From the NCBI RefSeq assembly GCF_009914755.1, contig NC_060932.1: a stretch of DNA of 64,000 bases. One strand, given 5' to 3'. Source of the stretch: the human T2T-CHM13v2.0 reference genome, Homo sapiens. The number at the start of each line of letters is the position of its first letter. Positions within the stretch are counted from its first letter, which is position 1. The translations under genes and the position numbers were made by a program. The notes under the pieces are model-generated. The model had not been told where the DNA came from and searched no databases. It saw nothing but the letters and a program-made list of their open reading frames with translations. Shown piece after piece: positions 11,939-26,742 of this stretch.

Positions 11939-14876
11939 TTCAATTCATATCTAAGTCTTACAGGATTCCAAAAATGTAAATTCAAGGTGGAAGTCAGGTT
12001 TAAATTCTGCTTATGAAGAAATTCTTGGTTTGGGAATCAGACTTTTCATTTTCTTACTAACTCCTTAGAAATATATTATGCACAAACTGGGGATAAAAAG
12101 TCTCCTTTTGCTTTAAAAATGATCATCACATGCATTTTTGATACCACAGCAAGTTGGATCCCTGGGCCATACCTCCTCATGGAATCAACCTCAAATCCAG
12201 ATAAAATTCAATAATTTCTTAAACGCCACCACTTGCTGGCAATTAAGTAAGGAATTCTTACCTTTAGGGTAAGAGAAAGCCACAAGTAGACCACTGAAGT
12301 TGTCTTTCCCCGCAAGGTAAAATGTGAGTGTTGGTTCTCACAGGCTCCAGCGTCTGAAACCAGAACCCACTAAGTAAGGGAAATCCAATTGGAGATTTTC
12401 TCCCTGACTGCAAAGGTGAGCCTCAAAAAGCTGTACCCCCAGTCTGGGGTAAATCAGAAATGAATCCATTCGCCGTTAGTAGCAGTGTCACCAGGAAATG
12501 CAGCATCTACAACTCCAGTGTTGAGGGGGCATGGTCAGGAGAATATGAAGCATGGGAAAGTCCGAAGCCAGTTTGCAACCTGACTTCAAGTCAAAAACTT
12601 ACAGTCAAGCTCCAGGCACCGGAGAGAAGCAAACCCTTACCCCTGCAAACATGCCTGGAGCCCTCAGCTTCTTCAGAGGCCTGAATCAATTCCCACAAAC
12701 AGGCTTCCAAGGTACTGAGCAATTCTTAGTCAAATACTGTTGAAATAATGGTAAAAGGAGGAAAACTAATAGGATTGAAATAGTGACATCATTTTATTCA
12801 GGAGTTCCAGAATCACTGAAAAATCTGAGAGGTGAGTTTAGGCTGATGATCCCTTTGCAAAATGTCTGTCAATGACCTGGAATGCATTTTCCCAGCACAT
12901 TTTCTTCATAAAGCCTTCAGGCATCCCTCCCATTCGCACGGATTGAGTCTTCTCTGAGCTCCTCTTTTCACTTATTTATAGATGTACCGATTCACTTATC
13001 ACCTCACTGGATATTTATTGAATGCCTGTGTCACCGGGCACCTCTATTCCAAGCACCATCCGGGCCTCCTTCACTTCATCATCACGCCATGTGTCCTGAC
13101 GTCCTTGGGTTTTACAGCCCTGCTAGCCTGAGTGCTCAGCGAGGACCTTTTCTCTAGATAGCTCCAGTCCCCACACAATGCTTGGTTCATTCAACTCATC
13201 GAATGAACACTGTGCTTATTTCCAGCCCTTTCTCAACAAAATTCCAAGTAAGTTGTCTACTCGTACTTTCATGTGTTAACTTATGTTTCTCCATTCAGTG
13301 AGCACTGTAGACTCACGTAGGCAGAGAAAAGGATTCTCATCTCAAAAAGATTTAAGATTTGAAAATTTAAGAGTACATAATTGGCAAAGTGAAATAAAAT
13401 GAAATAAAGACACAAACGATAATGGAACGGAATGGTAACTAACCATGGCTCTTACTCTGCAGTTCTTGATTGAGGAAAACACTTACCTAGAAAAACGAGT
13501 TACCATGAGGAGGCCGCAGTCATGAATGAATTCCATTCCATGCTTGAGTGCACGGCACTGCATTGCTTATTTTCTAGGCAAATTGTGTCTCCTCTCACAG
13601 GACTGCTGTGAGGTGCACCTGCCCCAGGGAAGGGGGTGCCTACAGCTTTGCTGACACAGATATGTGAAGTAACTAGGATCCCTCTTTCCAATTCGCCAAT
13701 GAGGTGCTTCATCTGAAATCTTGGAGGCATATATCTCAATCTGTCATTGGACGAATATTTCTCTCTGTTACAGCCCAACTGTAGGGGCAAATCAGCTGTC
13801 CACCTTGCACTCCTGCTGCTGCCAATGAAAAGTTCGTGATGTTCTATTAATATCTGTATCAGGGTGTCCTCTTTTGATCCTCCCATGTAATGCCTCATGT
13901 TAGTCTAGTTATCCTGAGCCTATGACTGACATGTGTCAATGGGCTGGAAAACACACTCTGCTGCAGACCAGATTCTTGTAGGTGGGCTCCTGAGGTATCC
14001 TTAAGGCATCAGAAAATTTGAGAAATGTACAAAACCATCTGCAGAAGTTGAAGCTGATCACCACCAATGAGAAAGTCCAGCAAATTGGAATCCTCATAAA
14101 TGTACTCACATATTTTACACAGTAAAATCCTTAAAATCCTTGAATAATTCAATTGCAGAACATAACCCCCTAATTAAATCACATACTACAGTATATTTAA
14201 CTGGATCTATTATGTCATTACACAAATTGTATAATATTCAAAATTACGAGTATTGTACTCTGTATAGAACTTAAAAGAATTTTTGTATAAAACTGTGACT
14301 ATATGCATTTTGTCACTCTAAGGGCCACTATCATTTATAATCTCCACAATGGCCAAGCGTTCTTTGACAGGGAAGCCTGTACTCAGGACGACAGTTATTT
14401 AGTTATTCTGTGATGTAAAAATTACTGTTGGAAAAACCATCTTAACCTGCTACTCTAGTGCTCAAACCACAGTGGAGCCTTTGTATAGCACCTTCGTGCA
14501 GCTGCCAGCCACGGCTGCGGGGTTAAAGAAGAGGACTATACACCCCTGCCACCAGGTTCAAGGTTTTCCTTGCCAAGATCTACCGCAGGGCTGCGAGGAG
14601 GCCACGTGACTTGTCAGGTGCATTCCAGGGTTCAGGGGGCCTTGGTGGCCTTGACTTCTTCTAAATGGAGATACAGGAAAAAGCCTCCAGATGTTATCCT
14701 GGCAGGTTCTGGACCCGCTTTTGAACAGTGAGCCGGGAGTAGTTAAGTAACAAAACCTCTGCCAGCTTTGCCGGCCAATTTCCTCTTAAGGCCCACCTGG
14801 GACAGCAGAGGCTAGATGGGCTCCTCCTGCTGCGAAGTAGAAGTGCAGGAGTTTACATGTGTCTTGCAGTTGTCTA

Positions 14877-15254
<378 letters not shown>

Positions 15255-16154
15255 TAGCCCATATGTGCCTTGCTTTAGGACTTGGCTTTCTGAGCACAGT
15301 GCTTCTGTGTCTTACACGGTGCATGTCTGCATTTGCTGTGAATCTTGCAGGCAGCCAGTTCTGTCACTCTTTCCTTGCCTCTGCTGCCAGCTCCCGACCC
15401 CATGGGCCTCCCTGCCCTGCAGGCTCCCCCTGGCTGGCGTTTCTGCCTTTGCTCTGAGCTGCTCCTTCTGCAGCCACCTTCAGGACAGCACCTGTCATGA
15501 AGGATACGTCTTCATATGGCCCTTTCTAGTTCTCCCACCTCGAGAGTAAGTCCGGAATGCCACAGAGGACACCCAAGACCACACATGTAGAAATAATTAG
15601 TATGTTTAGAAACCAGACTATAAACTCCTCTTAAAAGTTATGTACAAAGAAATTATGAGACATGATTATGAATAGTGTTATTATTTCTATGGTTAACTAC
15701 AACAAAAAGAAACAATAACTTCTGCTAGGATAAACCAGGCGATATTAAATTCCAAATCATAATCAGCTTGGGAAATAATTTTCTTAACTTTCTGGATCAC
15801 AGACATTCCTCTGAATTACAAATTTGGACTGGAACCTCAATGATGGAAAGAAATATTGAGAGCTATCCTTAGAGAGTCAAGCTACTGAGGAAAATCAAAG
15901 CTGAGAATATAATGCTTGAAAATGTATTCGACGGGGCTATCCAAATTACTTTTAACTCATGGATGAGTTAATATTCTTTAGCAAAAATAATACTTATTTT
16001 ACATTTTAGAAATACGTGTGCTCTATTGAGGGACTGTAGCAATACAGCAAGGGCAAGAACCAGAAGCTATGGCTGCAGTGTGTGGGGTACGAGCCATGAG
16101 GTGGAAGACGTGCTGCCAGGGAAGATAGACAAGTACCTGACAACAAGATGTGCA

Positions 16155-16530
16155 GACGGTGACACTGTGTGGGACCTGGGAGTGAGGCGCACAGAGGGGG
16201 ACACTGTGTGTGACATGGGAATGGGGTGTGAACAGAGGGGGACACTGGGTGGGACCTGGGAGTGAGGCACACAGAGGGGGACACTGTGTGTGACATGGGA
16301 ATGGGGTGTGAACAGACGGGGACACTGGGTGGGACCTGGGAGTGAGGTGCCCAGAGGGGGAAACTGTGTGGGACCCTGGAGTGAGGTGCACAGAGGGAGA
16401 CTCCGTGTGGGACATGGGAATGGGTGTGCACAGAGGGGGACACTGTGTGGGGCCTGGGAGTGAGGTGCACAGAGAGGGACTCTGTGTGGGGCCTGGGATT
16501 GGGGTGTGCACAGAAGGTGACATTGTGCGT
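16155..16530. repeat. G-rich minisatellite, about 9 units of 39-41 bp
   Basis: gacact-type unit starts at 16161, 16200, 16241, 16280, 16321, 16360, 16399, 16439, 16478, 16519; two unit types (ggacctgggagtgagg and gacatgggaatgggg). Confidence 0.92.
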
Positions 16531-16539
16531 GTGACTATG

Positions 16540-16622
16540 CGCACATTTACATATATAACAAAGCTGCCCATCCTGCACACGTACCACAGAACTTAAAACA
16601 GAAGTTCATGGAAAAAAAAACA
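16540..16622 (+). mobile_element. Short L1 3'-terminal remnant (old L1PA type)
   Basis: ataacaaagctgcccatcctgcacacgtaccacagaacttaaaa followed by an A-run matches the L1 terminus. Confidence 0.7.
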
Positions 16623-17884
16623 AAGACAATTCTAAATCTCAATTGGAAGGCTTCCTGTGAGTACAGAGAATTTCCCTCCCGCCTTCGCACCTCTGGTGTG
16701 CTCTGGGACGGCATTGGACCGTTATGGGGTTTCCAGTATTTGCATCACACTGCTTGAGCTCTTTACATCACATGTATATGGCCTTTCCCAAACCAGATGG
16801 CCTGAACTAATTCTGCAGTCACTCTGGTCGTATCATCTATTTTTGTTCTGTTTATCTCTCGATGAAAGTTGCTCGCCATGAAAATATTTTCCGTCATGTG
16901 AGAAAACCATAATCATTCCATGTTAAATAAGGCCTTTTAAATATCTGTAGCTTGGGTGAAACCACTCACCATATGACAGAATTTTAGAAAAATTACTTTT
17001 TTTAAAATGGCATTGAGTGTAAGTATTTTTGAATCGTATCTGTCATTATCTATGATAAATTGAATTACTTTTAAGAAAATCGAAAAGTATTGTCCTAATA
17101 TGGCCACTCTTTAGGGTAAATTCCTGACATTGGTGACTGGTAACCAATACATTGGGGATTGGTTTAAGTTTGAACTAGTTTTATGCCAAAAGTACAGCTT
17201 TTGTTGCTACAACCTGAAAATCTTTTAAAATGAGACCAGAGCATGGACTGATATATTTGGCAGGATGTGTCCCCTTGCCATCAAAATTGAACACCAGATG
17301 ATGACAAAAGTGGTGAGCTATTACCGTGTGGCCAGAGGCCTGGCAGCAACTCCATGCTCAAGTGAGTTATTGCAGAATAGAGGCCACAGAGTGTCACAAA
17401 AGAGCTAATAATAAACCTGGGACTTATTATAAAGGAGGAAGAAAAAAAATTACTGACTGAAGGGGACAAAGGGAGACCCATTTTTTTTTTCACTTTTGAG
17501 AAACCTATTATTTAACACACATGCTGAACATAAAGCCCATTAAACAAATATGAAACCCCATCTGGGTTAGCAAAATGCAAAATGCAGTGCAGACAGAACC
17601 ACGAGCCGCAGCAGCCATGTCTGAGGGATGTGAAGTCTTGTGTTTCAGAACCAATAGGGAATTTTGAGTGCTCTTTAAGGCCCCAATCCAAATCAGATCC
17701 CTTCAAAGACCTCACTTCATAGCTCATTTTCACAAGAATTTTTTAAAACCATTTTTGAAGGTAGATTCCTAAAGTGACATTTAATCAAATTCATTCAGTA
17801 AGATGACATTTCAGTATTTTCCGCTAAGTTAGTAGTCGTGAATGATTGTCACATCTTCCCTCAAAATTGTTTGTTTCGTTGGTT

Positions 17885-18011
17885 TGGTGGGAACTGGCAT
17901 ACATCTGTGTGACACTGGTCGGAACTGGCATACATCTGTGTGACACTGGTGGGAATTGGCATACATCTGTGTGACATTGGTGGCAATTGGCATACATCTG
18001 TGTGACATTGG
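17885..18011. repeat. 31-bp tandem repeat x4
   Basis: Unit tggtgggaactggcatacatctgtgtgacac at 17885, 17916, 17947, 17978. Confidence 0.95.
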
Positions 18012-18191
18012 CACTCAGCATCTTGGACATTCCAAGATCACACAGAAGAGCAAGAAATGTCACTGCTTACCTAGGAAGTGAGATTGGTGATGGCTTTCTT
18101 GATTTGCCAGGCCAGTATCACTGATATTTCCATTCCACCTGGGAAACCATGCACTGGATGATCACCCAGCTGCAAATAGGAAATTAATACT

Positions 18192-18581
<390 letters not shown>

Positions 18582-20439
18582 TTATTGTTATTTATTGTGG
18601 CAGAGCCAGAGATAAACTTGACAATAAATGAAGTATACATAACCAGGTCATTGCCCTAACATCTAATGAAATTCAGTACTTATTGTAAAAGAAGAGTGAT
18701 GGCTGATTCAAATAGATTCTGCCCTTGAAATAAATGAGCTTTCATAAAAGAAACAGAAAAAAAAATGAATAGGATTCTTGGCAAATATTGACTTTAAAAA
18801 TGCAGTATTATAAAAAAAAAAAAGACTTGGATTGGATTCGATTTTTCTGCTTCATATGGAAATTTTCTTTTTATATGAATATTTCAGTGCAGCTTTCTTA
18901 AAATCTTAAATTCTACTACATAAAAGAAGAAGAAATAGAAAGGAACCGTAGTGTCATTTAGCGTAGTCCTCTACTCGAGTTTAGAAACATAAAACACTCT
19001 TTTTAGAAAAAAAAAATTCAAATTCATTCTGATCAACCTGTAACAAAACTAGATCAGCCAGTTACTAAAATATCATTGAGACCTACTTTTATCCTAGATG
19101 GTCAGGGTTTGGGGTCAGTGGTGACTGAAGGGGGAAGCATTTTGAGCAGGTGTCAAAGGAGGAAGACATGAAGGGCAAGTTTCGGGAAAAAGACTCTCAA
19201 CCTGTGGCCTGGGGCGGTAGACACATAGAGGAGACACAAGGAAAAGCTCAGATTATCCAGCCAGATGGAAGGAGGAATTAGCAAATGGCAAAGTTTTAAA
19301 TTATGACTTGCGACATCTACTGCACTTGAGCAAATAGAAGGAAAATAGATTCAGATAACACAGTACCATCCAGTCAAATAGATAAGCTGGTTGAATATCT
19401 ACATTGTAAAGATATTAGATTTGTCAGAGTAACTACAAACCCACTGAGATTACTAAAGAGAATATGCTGAAATCGCCGATTTAAGATTTAAATAGACAAA
19501 AGATATGCATTTCATTGTTATCAATGCACTCCTAGGTTCACCGTTATTTCCTAGTCCCTTTTACTTTTAATGATCATAGCAACTTGAATCTCGTCAAAAT
19601 GTACAGTCTTCTAATGACCTTATGTCATACTTAGAATTCGCTCTGTACTGAAAGGTGAAGTGTTTAATGTTGTTCACATTCCATATAGTTATTTGCAATG
19701 TGGATGACATCATCAATACGATTTGGAAAATTAGCTATGCTCCATCCACTTTAATGGCTACTGGAGCCTTCCTGTTTGGAGGAGCATAAAGGAGAAAAGC
19801 AGGTGAATGCTCCCTACAGTGCGGTGTGCAGAAGCGCCCGAAGGGAGCAGGTGCATAGGTGTAAATGGAGAATTGGGGCCTGTGAGAACAGCTGGGATGT
19901 GAGCAGCTGCTCCAGGGATGTGTGCAGGTGTCACCAGCAGATGGAGCTGCGCAGCAGGGGCTGCCTGATGTTGAGCTGGGATTGCTGAACAAACACGCTT
20001 TGCCGGCTCTGCAAGCGTAGACAAGTCACAAAGTCAGTGGGACCCAAATTAAGTACAAAAATCTTTGAGAGTTTCTTAAAGAAGCGTGGACTTGATTTTC
20101 ATTTTGGTTTCTAAGGAAGATAGTTAGGCATAAAATGATATCATTAGCCTTGTGTTAGGGAAGGACATTTCTTTAAAAGGTCTAAGCTAACAGGAGGGAG
20201 AACTGGAGGGACTCAAAAAGGTAAGCACCCAGCACGACAGTCCAGTGGAAGACGATGCAGCCGTAGCTGGAGAAATCAAGGAGGGGAGGAAAGGCAGGGA
20301 AAATTTGCGATGAGCTCAGCTTAGAAGAGACGGTCATGCTTTCAATACGAACGAGTGCTAGTATTTGGTGGGAGACGATTTTTGTGCTTACTGCTGTGTA
20401 TGTATTGCCTGACTTTCTCCTGCTGAGCAACTTTTAATT

Positions 20440-20520
20440 ACAGAGCTTATTTCACATCTGAGGAAACTGAGGATCCAAGTGTCTTGACCAAGGCCATACG
20501 GCTGTAGAAAACGGCTGCGC
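20440..20520 (-). mobile_element. MIR fragment
   Basis: tgaggaaactgagg...cttgaccaaggccatacggct MIR core. Confidence 0.55.
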
Positions 20521-20743
20521 CCACGGGAGACTCTGCTGTGTTTCACTGTGAAGCCACTGCTCATAAACATTGTGCTATGTTGCTTTCATGTGCACAATTT
20601 GCTTGTGGTCAAAAAAATGTGGGCAGCAGGAAGAGGGGGTGATGGGAGGGATAGTGTGGTGTTAGGAGTACCTTTGAAATAACTGTGTTCCAACAAGTCA
20701 AAGACTTATGAAGATGAAATTAGTTATGCAGGTAAATAAGTAA

Positions 20744-21692
<949 letters not shown>

Positions 21693-21780
21693 GATGTTTG
21701 GAAATCATCAGTACATAGAAGCTATGTAGTCTGACACTATAGGGAAGTAAAAATATGGCAAACAATTAAAACAAAAATGA

Positions 21781-22105
<325 letters not shown>

Positions 22106-22639
22106 CTATTAAAATGGCCAAAGCCTCAGAACATGCCTGTTGGTATTTGCCCAAAGGAGTTGAAAACTTATGTCCACACAAAAGCCTGCTGCACATAGAT
22201 GCTTATAGCGGCTTTATTCATCATCTTATTTTCTCTTCTCAAACTTTCAGATTAACCTTTGGCATTCCTTCTCTCAGTAGAAAAAACTTGTTTGTTCTTC
22301 CCTGTAGGGACAAATAAATAAAATGCCTAATAAAATACATCTCTCTTTCCATTTTGTAAGTGCCTGCATGGTGGCAGAAAGATGCTTCAAAATCTTCTTT
22401 TGGGAAGTGTCTGTTTATGTCCTTAATACACTTTAAATACAGCATCTTCCAGCTCTGGTGAGACTCCATCCTGTTCTCTGCTTCTCTCATTGCCGTACGA
22501 GACCTGCCCATCTTCCAGGCAAAGGCAAGGCGCCCCTCATGCCCTCCCGAAATCCCCATCCTTTCTTCCACATTTCTCCTGCATCACTTTTCATAACTAC
22601 ATCATTTCCATGTGCATAGAAAGACACTGCCAATATTTT

Positions 22640-23790
22640 TTTGTAAAATCAAGAAACGTGATGCCATGACTTCAGCCACAGTTCAGTTTCCCTGATCCCT
22701 TCCTAAGAAAAACTCTTCAAAAGGGGGCATGTCTATGGCTCCAACTTCTCTCTTTCCCTTGGCTGTTGAATAATCTCTCATCAGTCTTTCTTCCTGAAAC
22801 ACCCCTTTGGAATGTCACGATGGCCCCCACATGGCTACATCAAATAAAAATGTCAGTTCTTAATGCCACTTACCCCATCAGCTGCACTGGGAAGAGTTCA
22901 CAACTCTCCCTTGAAGCCCCACCTTCATTGGACTTCTGTTGCCTCATCCTCTCCTGGTTTTCTTCCCACTAGCTTTGCCCTCAACCTTCCCACAACAACA
23001 GCCCTTCAGACCCCATTTGTGTAGCTCAGTCAAAAAGCATGGAAGACGTTCCTGACGCTTGTCTTTCTCTCACATTCTACTTTCAATTTAACCAGCAAGT
23101 CCCTTTGGCTCCATCTTGAAAGTGAATCCAGAATCTGACCATTCTTCACCCCACACCGTTTTCACTGTGAACTTCCTGCTGGTTTACTGTGATTCCCCAC
23201 AAGCAGCTCCCCAGGGGCTCCTCCTCCCACTGTCTGTCCTCAGTGCAGCAGCCAGAGTGACTCTTTGACCTGTACTAAGTCATGGCCCCCTCTGCTCAAA
23301 GCTTCCAATGGCTTCCATGCATCTAAATAAAGACCCTAGAATGGTCTGTCTACAAGGGTTGCATGCTCCATCACTCTGCGTCCCCTGCTGTGACTATACC
23401 CACTACCACTCACTTGCCATTATGAGCACCCCACTCCTCCCTCCATCAGGTCCATGCACAGAACTCCTGCCTCTGGGTGTCACAGCTGTCTCTACCTCTG
23501 CCTCCCAACCTTGGTCCTCAAATGACGGCAAGGCTGGCTCCCCACTCCATCAGGCTCTTTCTGACATCCCCTTTCCCTTTTCTTCTATTTCTTTTTTTTT
23601 CTCCATAGTAATTACTGCCTTCTGACAGGCTATACAGTTATTTCTGTATTTGCTTATTGCTAATCTCTGTTAATGAGAATGGAACTTTCAGGAGAGTAGA
23701 ACATTACTGTTTGGGTGTTTGTGTGTTTTTCCCATTGCTATAACTGATCAAATGTAGGTTCTTATTATTTGTAGTTGAAAGAGTGAATGA
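22640..23790 (+). mobile_element. LINE-2 fragments (3' region)
   Basis: ctcctggttttcttccc, atccagaatctgaccattcttcacc, cagcagccagagtga, ctgctcaaagcttccaatggcttcc; ends in a tgaatga-type tail. Confidence 0.7.
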
Positions 23791-24469
23791 TAAATAAAGA
23801 TTCTGTAGTCCTACAATGGTGTGTTTGCTGTTTTTCATTTTAGAATAACAGAGCTGTGGAGCTAGGCAGAATTATAGTCATCATTAAGTTGATATATGAG
23901 AAAACAAGGCCCCAGGTGATTCAGCTTTTTGAGGATGGGAGAACAGATGTGTGACTGGAATTCAAAACTCCAAGTCGTCAGCCAAAATTTTATCTGCCAA
24001 TCTCTTTAACATACAATAGTTGTTCCATCAGTGTTTGCCACATGTGTTTAAAGTGGCATTATTCTATAGTAATGTTAATATCATTTTTAGCCTGGCAAGT
24101 TCTTGAAGGAAATCACTCAATGATTACCTGTCCAAAATATAAATGTACATTTTAATGCCTATGATCTGAGCCCCAACATCTGTACAAATTTCACAAGCTT
24201 TTAAAAATTGATTTTAGAGCATTTCTATGTGCGTTTCAAAACATCAGGAATGACATTGGGAGTGCACGTGTGCATGTGTGTACGTTTCTGGAATCTCCTC
24301 ACTCTTAGTGAAGCTCCTTGGGATGTGTTGGAGTAGATGCCTGGCCTCTCACCAGCAGGAAAGCCATGTTTATTGAATGAAAGCACACATCTGTGGATGG
24401 ATGAGCCCTTAATGACACAACCTCTTATATGTGAATCAGCTTTAAACACGAGATGCAGGCTCACAGTGG

Positions 24470-24700
24470 AAAATGCTTGATTTTTAGCTTCAGTCATTTG
24501 GGATTGGGTTCTGGTTTGAAGCGTCACTAACCATACAGCCTTGGACAAGTAAGTAAACCTCTTTGAACCTCAGGACCCTAATTCTTCTAATAAGGTAGAA
24601 CAGTGGACCTATTTTGCATGTTTGAAATTAAGGTGATTTATAACAGATGAAAGGAATTCAATCACATATGCTATCGATAAATGACATGTTTTGTTCCTGT
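24470..24700 (+). mobile_element. MIR
   Basis: cactaaccatacagccttggacaagtaagtaaacctctttgaacctcag MIR core. Confidence 0.6.
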
Positions 24701-24994
24701 TATTGCTTATAAATTTCTAACACATACCCAAGGTTTTCTTAAACTCCTCTTATATTAGTTTATTGTTAGCAAGCAAAGGAAGCAAGGCAAAGTACTAAAA
24801 AGCTCATCAGCAAAGGAAAACGTTTTGAAAAGCAAAGATAAGAATGAAGGCAAACATAAAAATGAAAGGATGTCACATTCAGCGGGTTAGCGACTGAGTA
24901 GGTGCTAATGAGGGTAATGAAGACAGAAACGTGGAGATGCAAAGTGTTTCTCTCAGACAGAGATCCTGGGCCTGGATAGGACCCCAGAAAACTG

Positions 24995-25370
24995 TGATAT
25001 GGTTTGGCTGTGTTCTCACCCAAATCTCATCTTAAATGGAGCTCCCATAATCCCCATGTGTCATGGGAGGGGCCTGGTGGGAAGTAATTTAACCATGGGG
25101 GCGGTTACCCTCATGCAGTTCTCATAATAGTGAGTGAGTTCTCACAAGATGTGATGGCATTATAAGGGGCTTTTCCCCCTTTTAGCTGGGCACTTCTCCT
25201 TCCTGCTGCCATGTAAAGAAGAACATGTTTGCTTCCCCTTCCACCATAATTGTAAGTTTGCTGAGGCCTCCCCGGTCATGTGGAACTGTGAGTCAATTAA
25301 ACTTCTTTCCTTTATAAATTACCCAGTCCTGGGTACGTCTTTATTAGCAGCATGAGAATGGACTAATACA
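24995..25370 (+). mobile_element. THE1 (THE1C/D-like) MaLR solo LTR
   Basis: tgatatggtttggctgtg...gactaataca; flanks aactg and aacca are consistent with an AACCG TSD decayed at its CpG. Confidence 0.92.
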
Positions 25371-26602
25371 AACCATAAGAAAGAAAGAAATTATTATGCC
25401 CTCACATATAAATAATAACTAAAAATAATTCCAATTAAAAAAAATCTTGGCAGTACAACTTTTTTTTTACATCCTTGCATCTGCATTTCTCGAAGGAGAC
25501 CATTGCCGGCCATTTTACAGTCTACTTCTTCATGCATTGACACATGTAAGCAAAGTCTGTTTTTGATGTTTTGTTTGAAACTTGCCGAAACACAAATGCA
25601 ATGGTCTCCAGTTTTCACTTGCCCCCCGCTTTCAGAGTGATTTTTTTTGGTGATTAAGGAACAGGGTGTAAACAGAATATCCATCAGTACTTTCTCTCCT
25701 GGCATTATCAATTAAGATCACAGTAGAGATTTCTGTAGCAGATATTATGTTTATATTAAGTTTATGAAAATACATCCATCACCAAATCTCCTGGCACACA
25801 TGTTAAGTAAAACGCAAAAGACAAAGCCTACCAACACGATGATAATCATGCTATTTTATAGACTGCAGATGGATTTGTTTGAAACAGAAAGCAGAATCCC
25901 AGTGGAGACACAGCCACATCATTCCCTGAAGAAACCTGTTTGGTGCTTACTGTGGGCCAGAAAAATAAGTGAGAGGAAAAGGAAGGTGTTTCGTCAAGCC
26001 TGACTCTTCTAAGCTACAGGGTAAAGAAATAGAGGGAAAGGGGGAAAATAGCTCTGGCGTCCTGTTATATGTGGTATGTTTCTATTCATAAATGCTTCTC
26101 ACTTTGCAGTTACTATGGGTCACACAGCATCACATCTGATAGTTTTGCATTTGTTAGAAGATGAAAAAGACAATTTAAATTTATATTCTACTATTCACAT
26201 GGCCTTTTGAAATAATGTTATAAAATTCTCTCCATCTTCCCTTTTCTTCACCCTTTCCCTTGTTTTTGCATCATTTTCCATGGTGTTCATCATTGTCCTC
26301 GCTGCATTATTGCTTTTGTTGTCTGATGTAACTCTCTGTCTACTTCATCTTTCTTGCTATTTGATTCCTGTTTTTCATACTTTTCATATATTATTTTACT
26401 CCAGAAGTTTCAAACTAGCTGCCTTCAGGCCACATCTGGTTTGTGTAAATATTTCATTTTATTTACAGATGTTTATAAAACAATATCAGTTCACAGACAA
26501 GATTTAAAAGTTAGATGATATCCCTGAAAATGTGCTATTATAACTTGTCTTGAAAAGTTAGAAATCTGGCAAAATTGGACCTACCATCCAGATCGTCAAC
26601 AA

Positions 26603-26742
26603 CTGGATGCTCAGTGTCCCTGGGGTGGTGTTTGCAGTTGTCCATCCCCTGGATGCTCAGTGTCCCTGGGGTGATGTTTGCAGTTACCCATCCCCTGGAT
26701 GCTCAGTGTCCCCGGGGTGGTGTCTGCAGTTGCCCATCCCCT
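26603..26742. repeat. 46-bp tandem repeat x3
   Basis: Unit ctggatgctcagtgtccctggggtggtgtttgcagttgtccatccc at 26603, 26649, 26695. Confidence 0.95.

Noticed and set aside
12020-12750. Possible old L1M 5' region
   Set aside because: Resemblance too weak to assign by eye.
13500-13898. 132-aa minus-strand ORF in unique sequence
   Set aside because: No recognisable domain and length within chance expectation; a donor-like site near 13481-13487 alone is insufficient.
16006-16596. 185-193 aa repetitive ORFs and a CRISPR-like appearance
   Set aside because: Tandem minisatellite with no unique spacers, in a primate genome with no cas genes.
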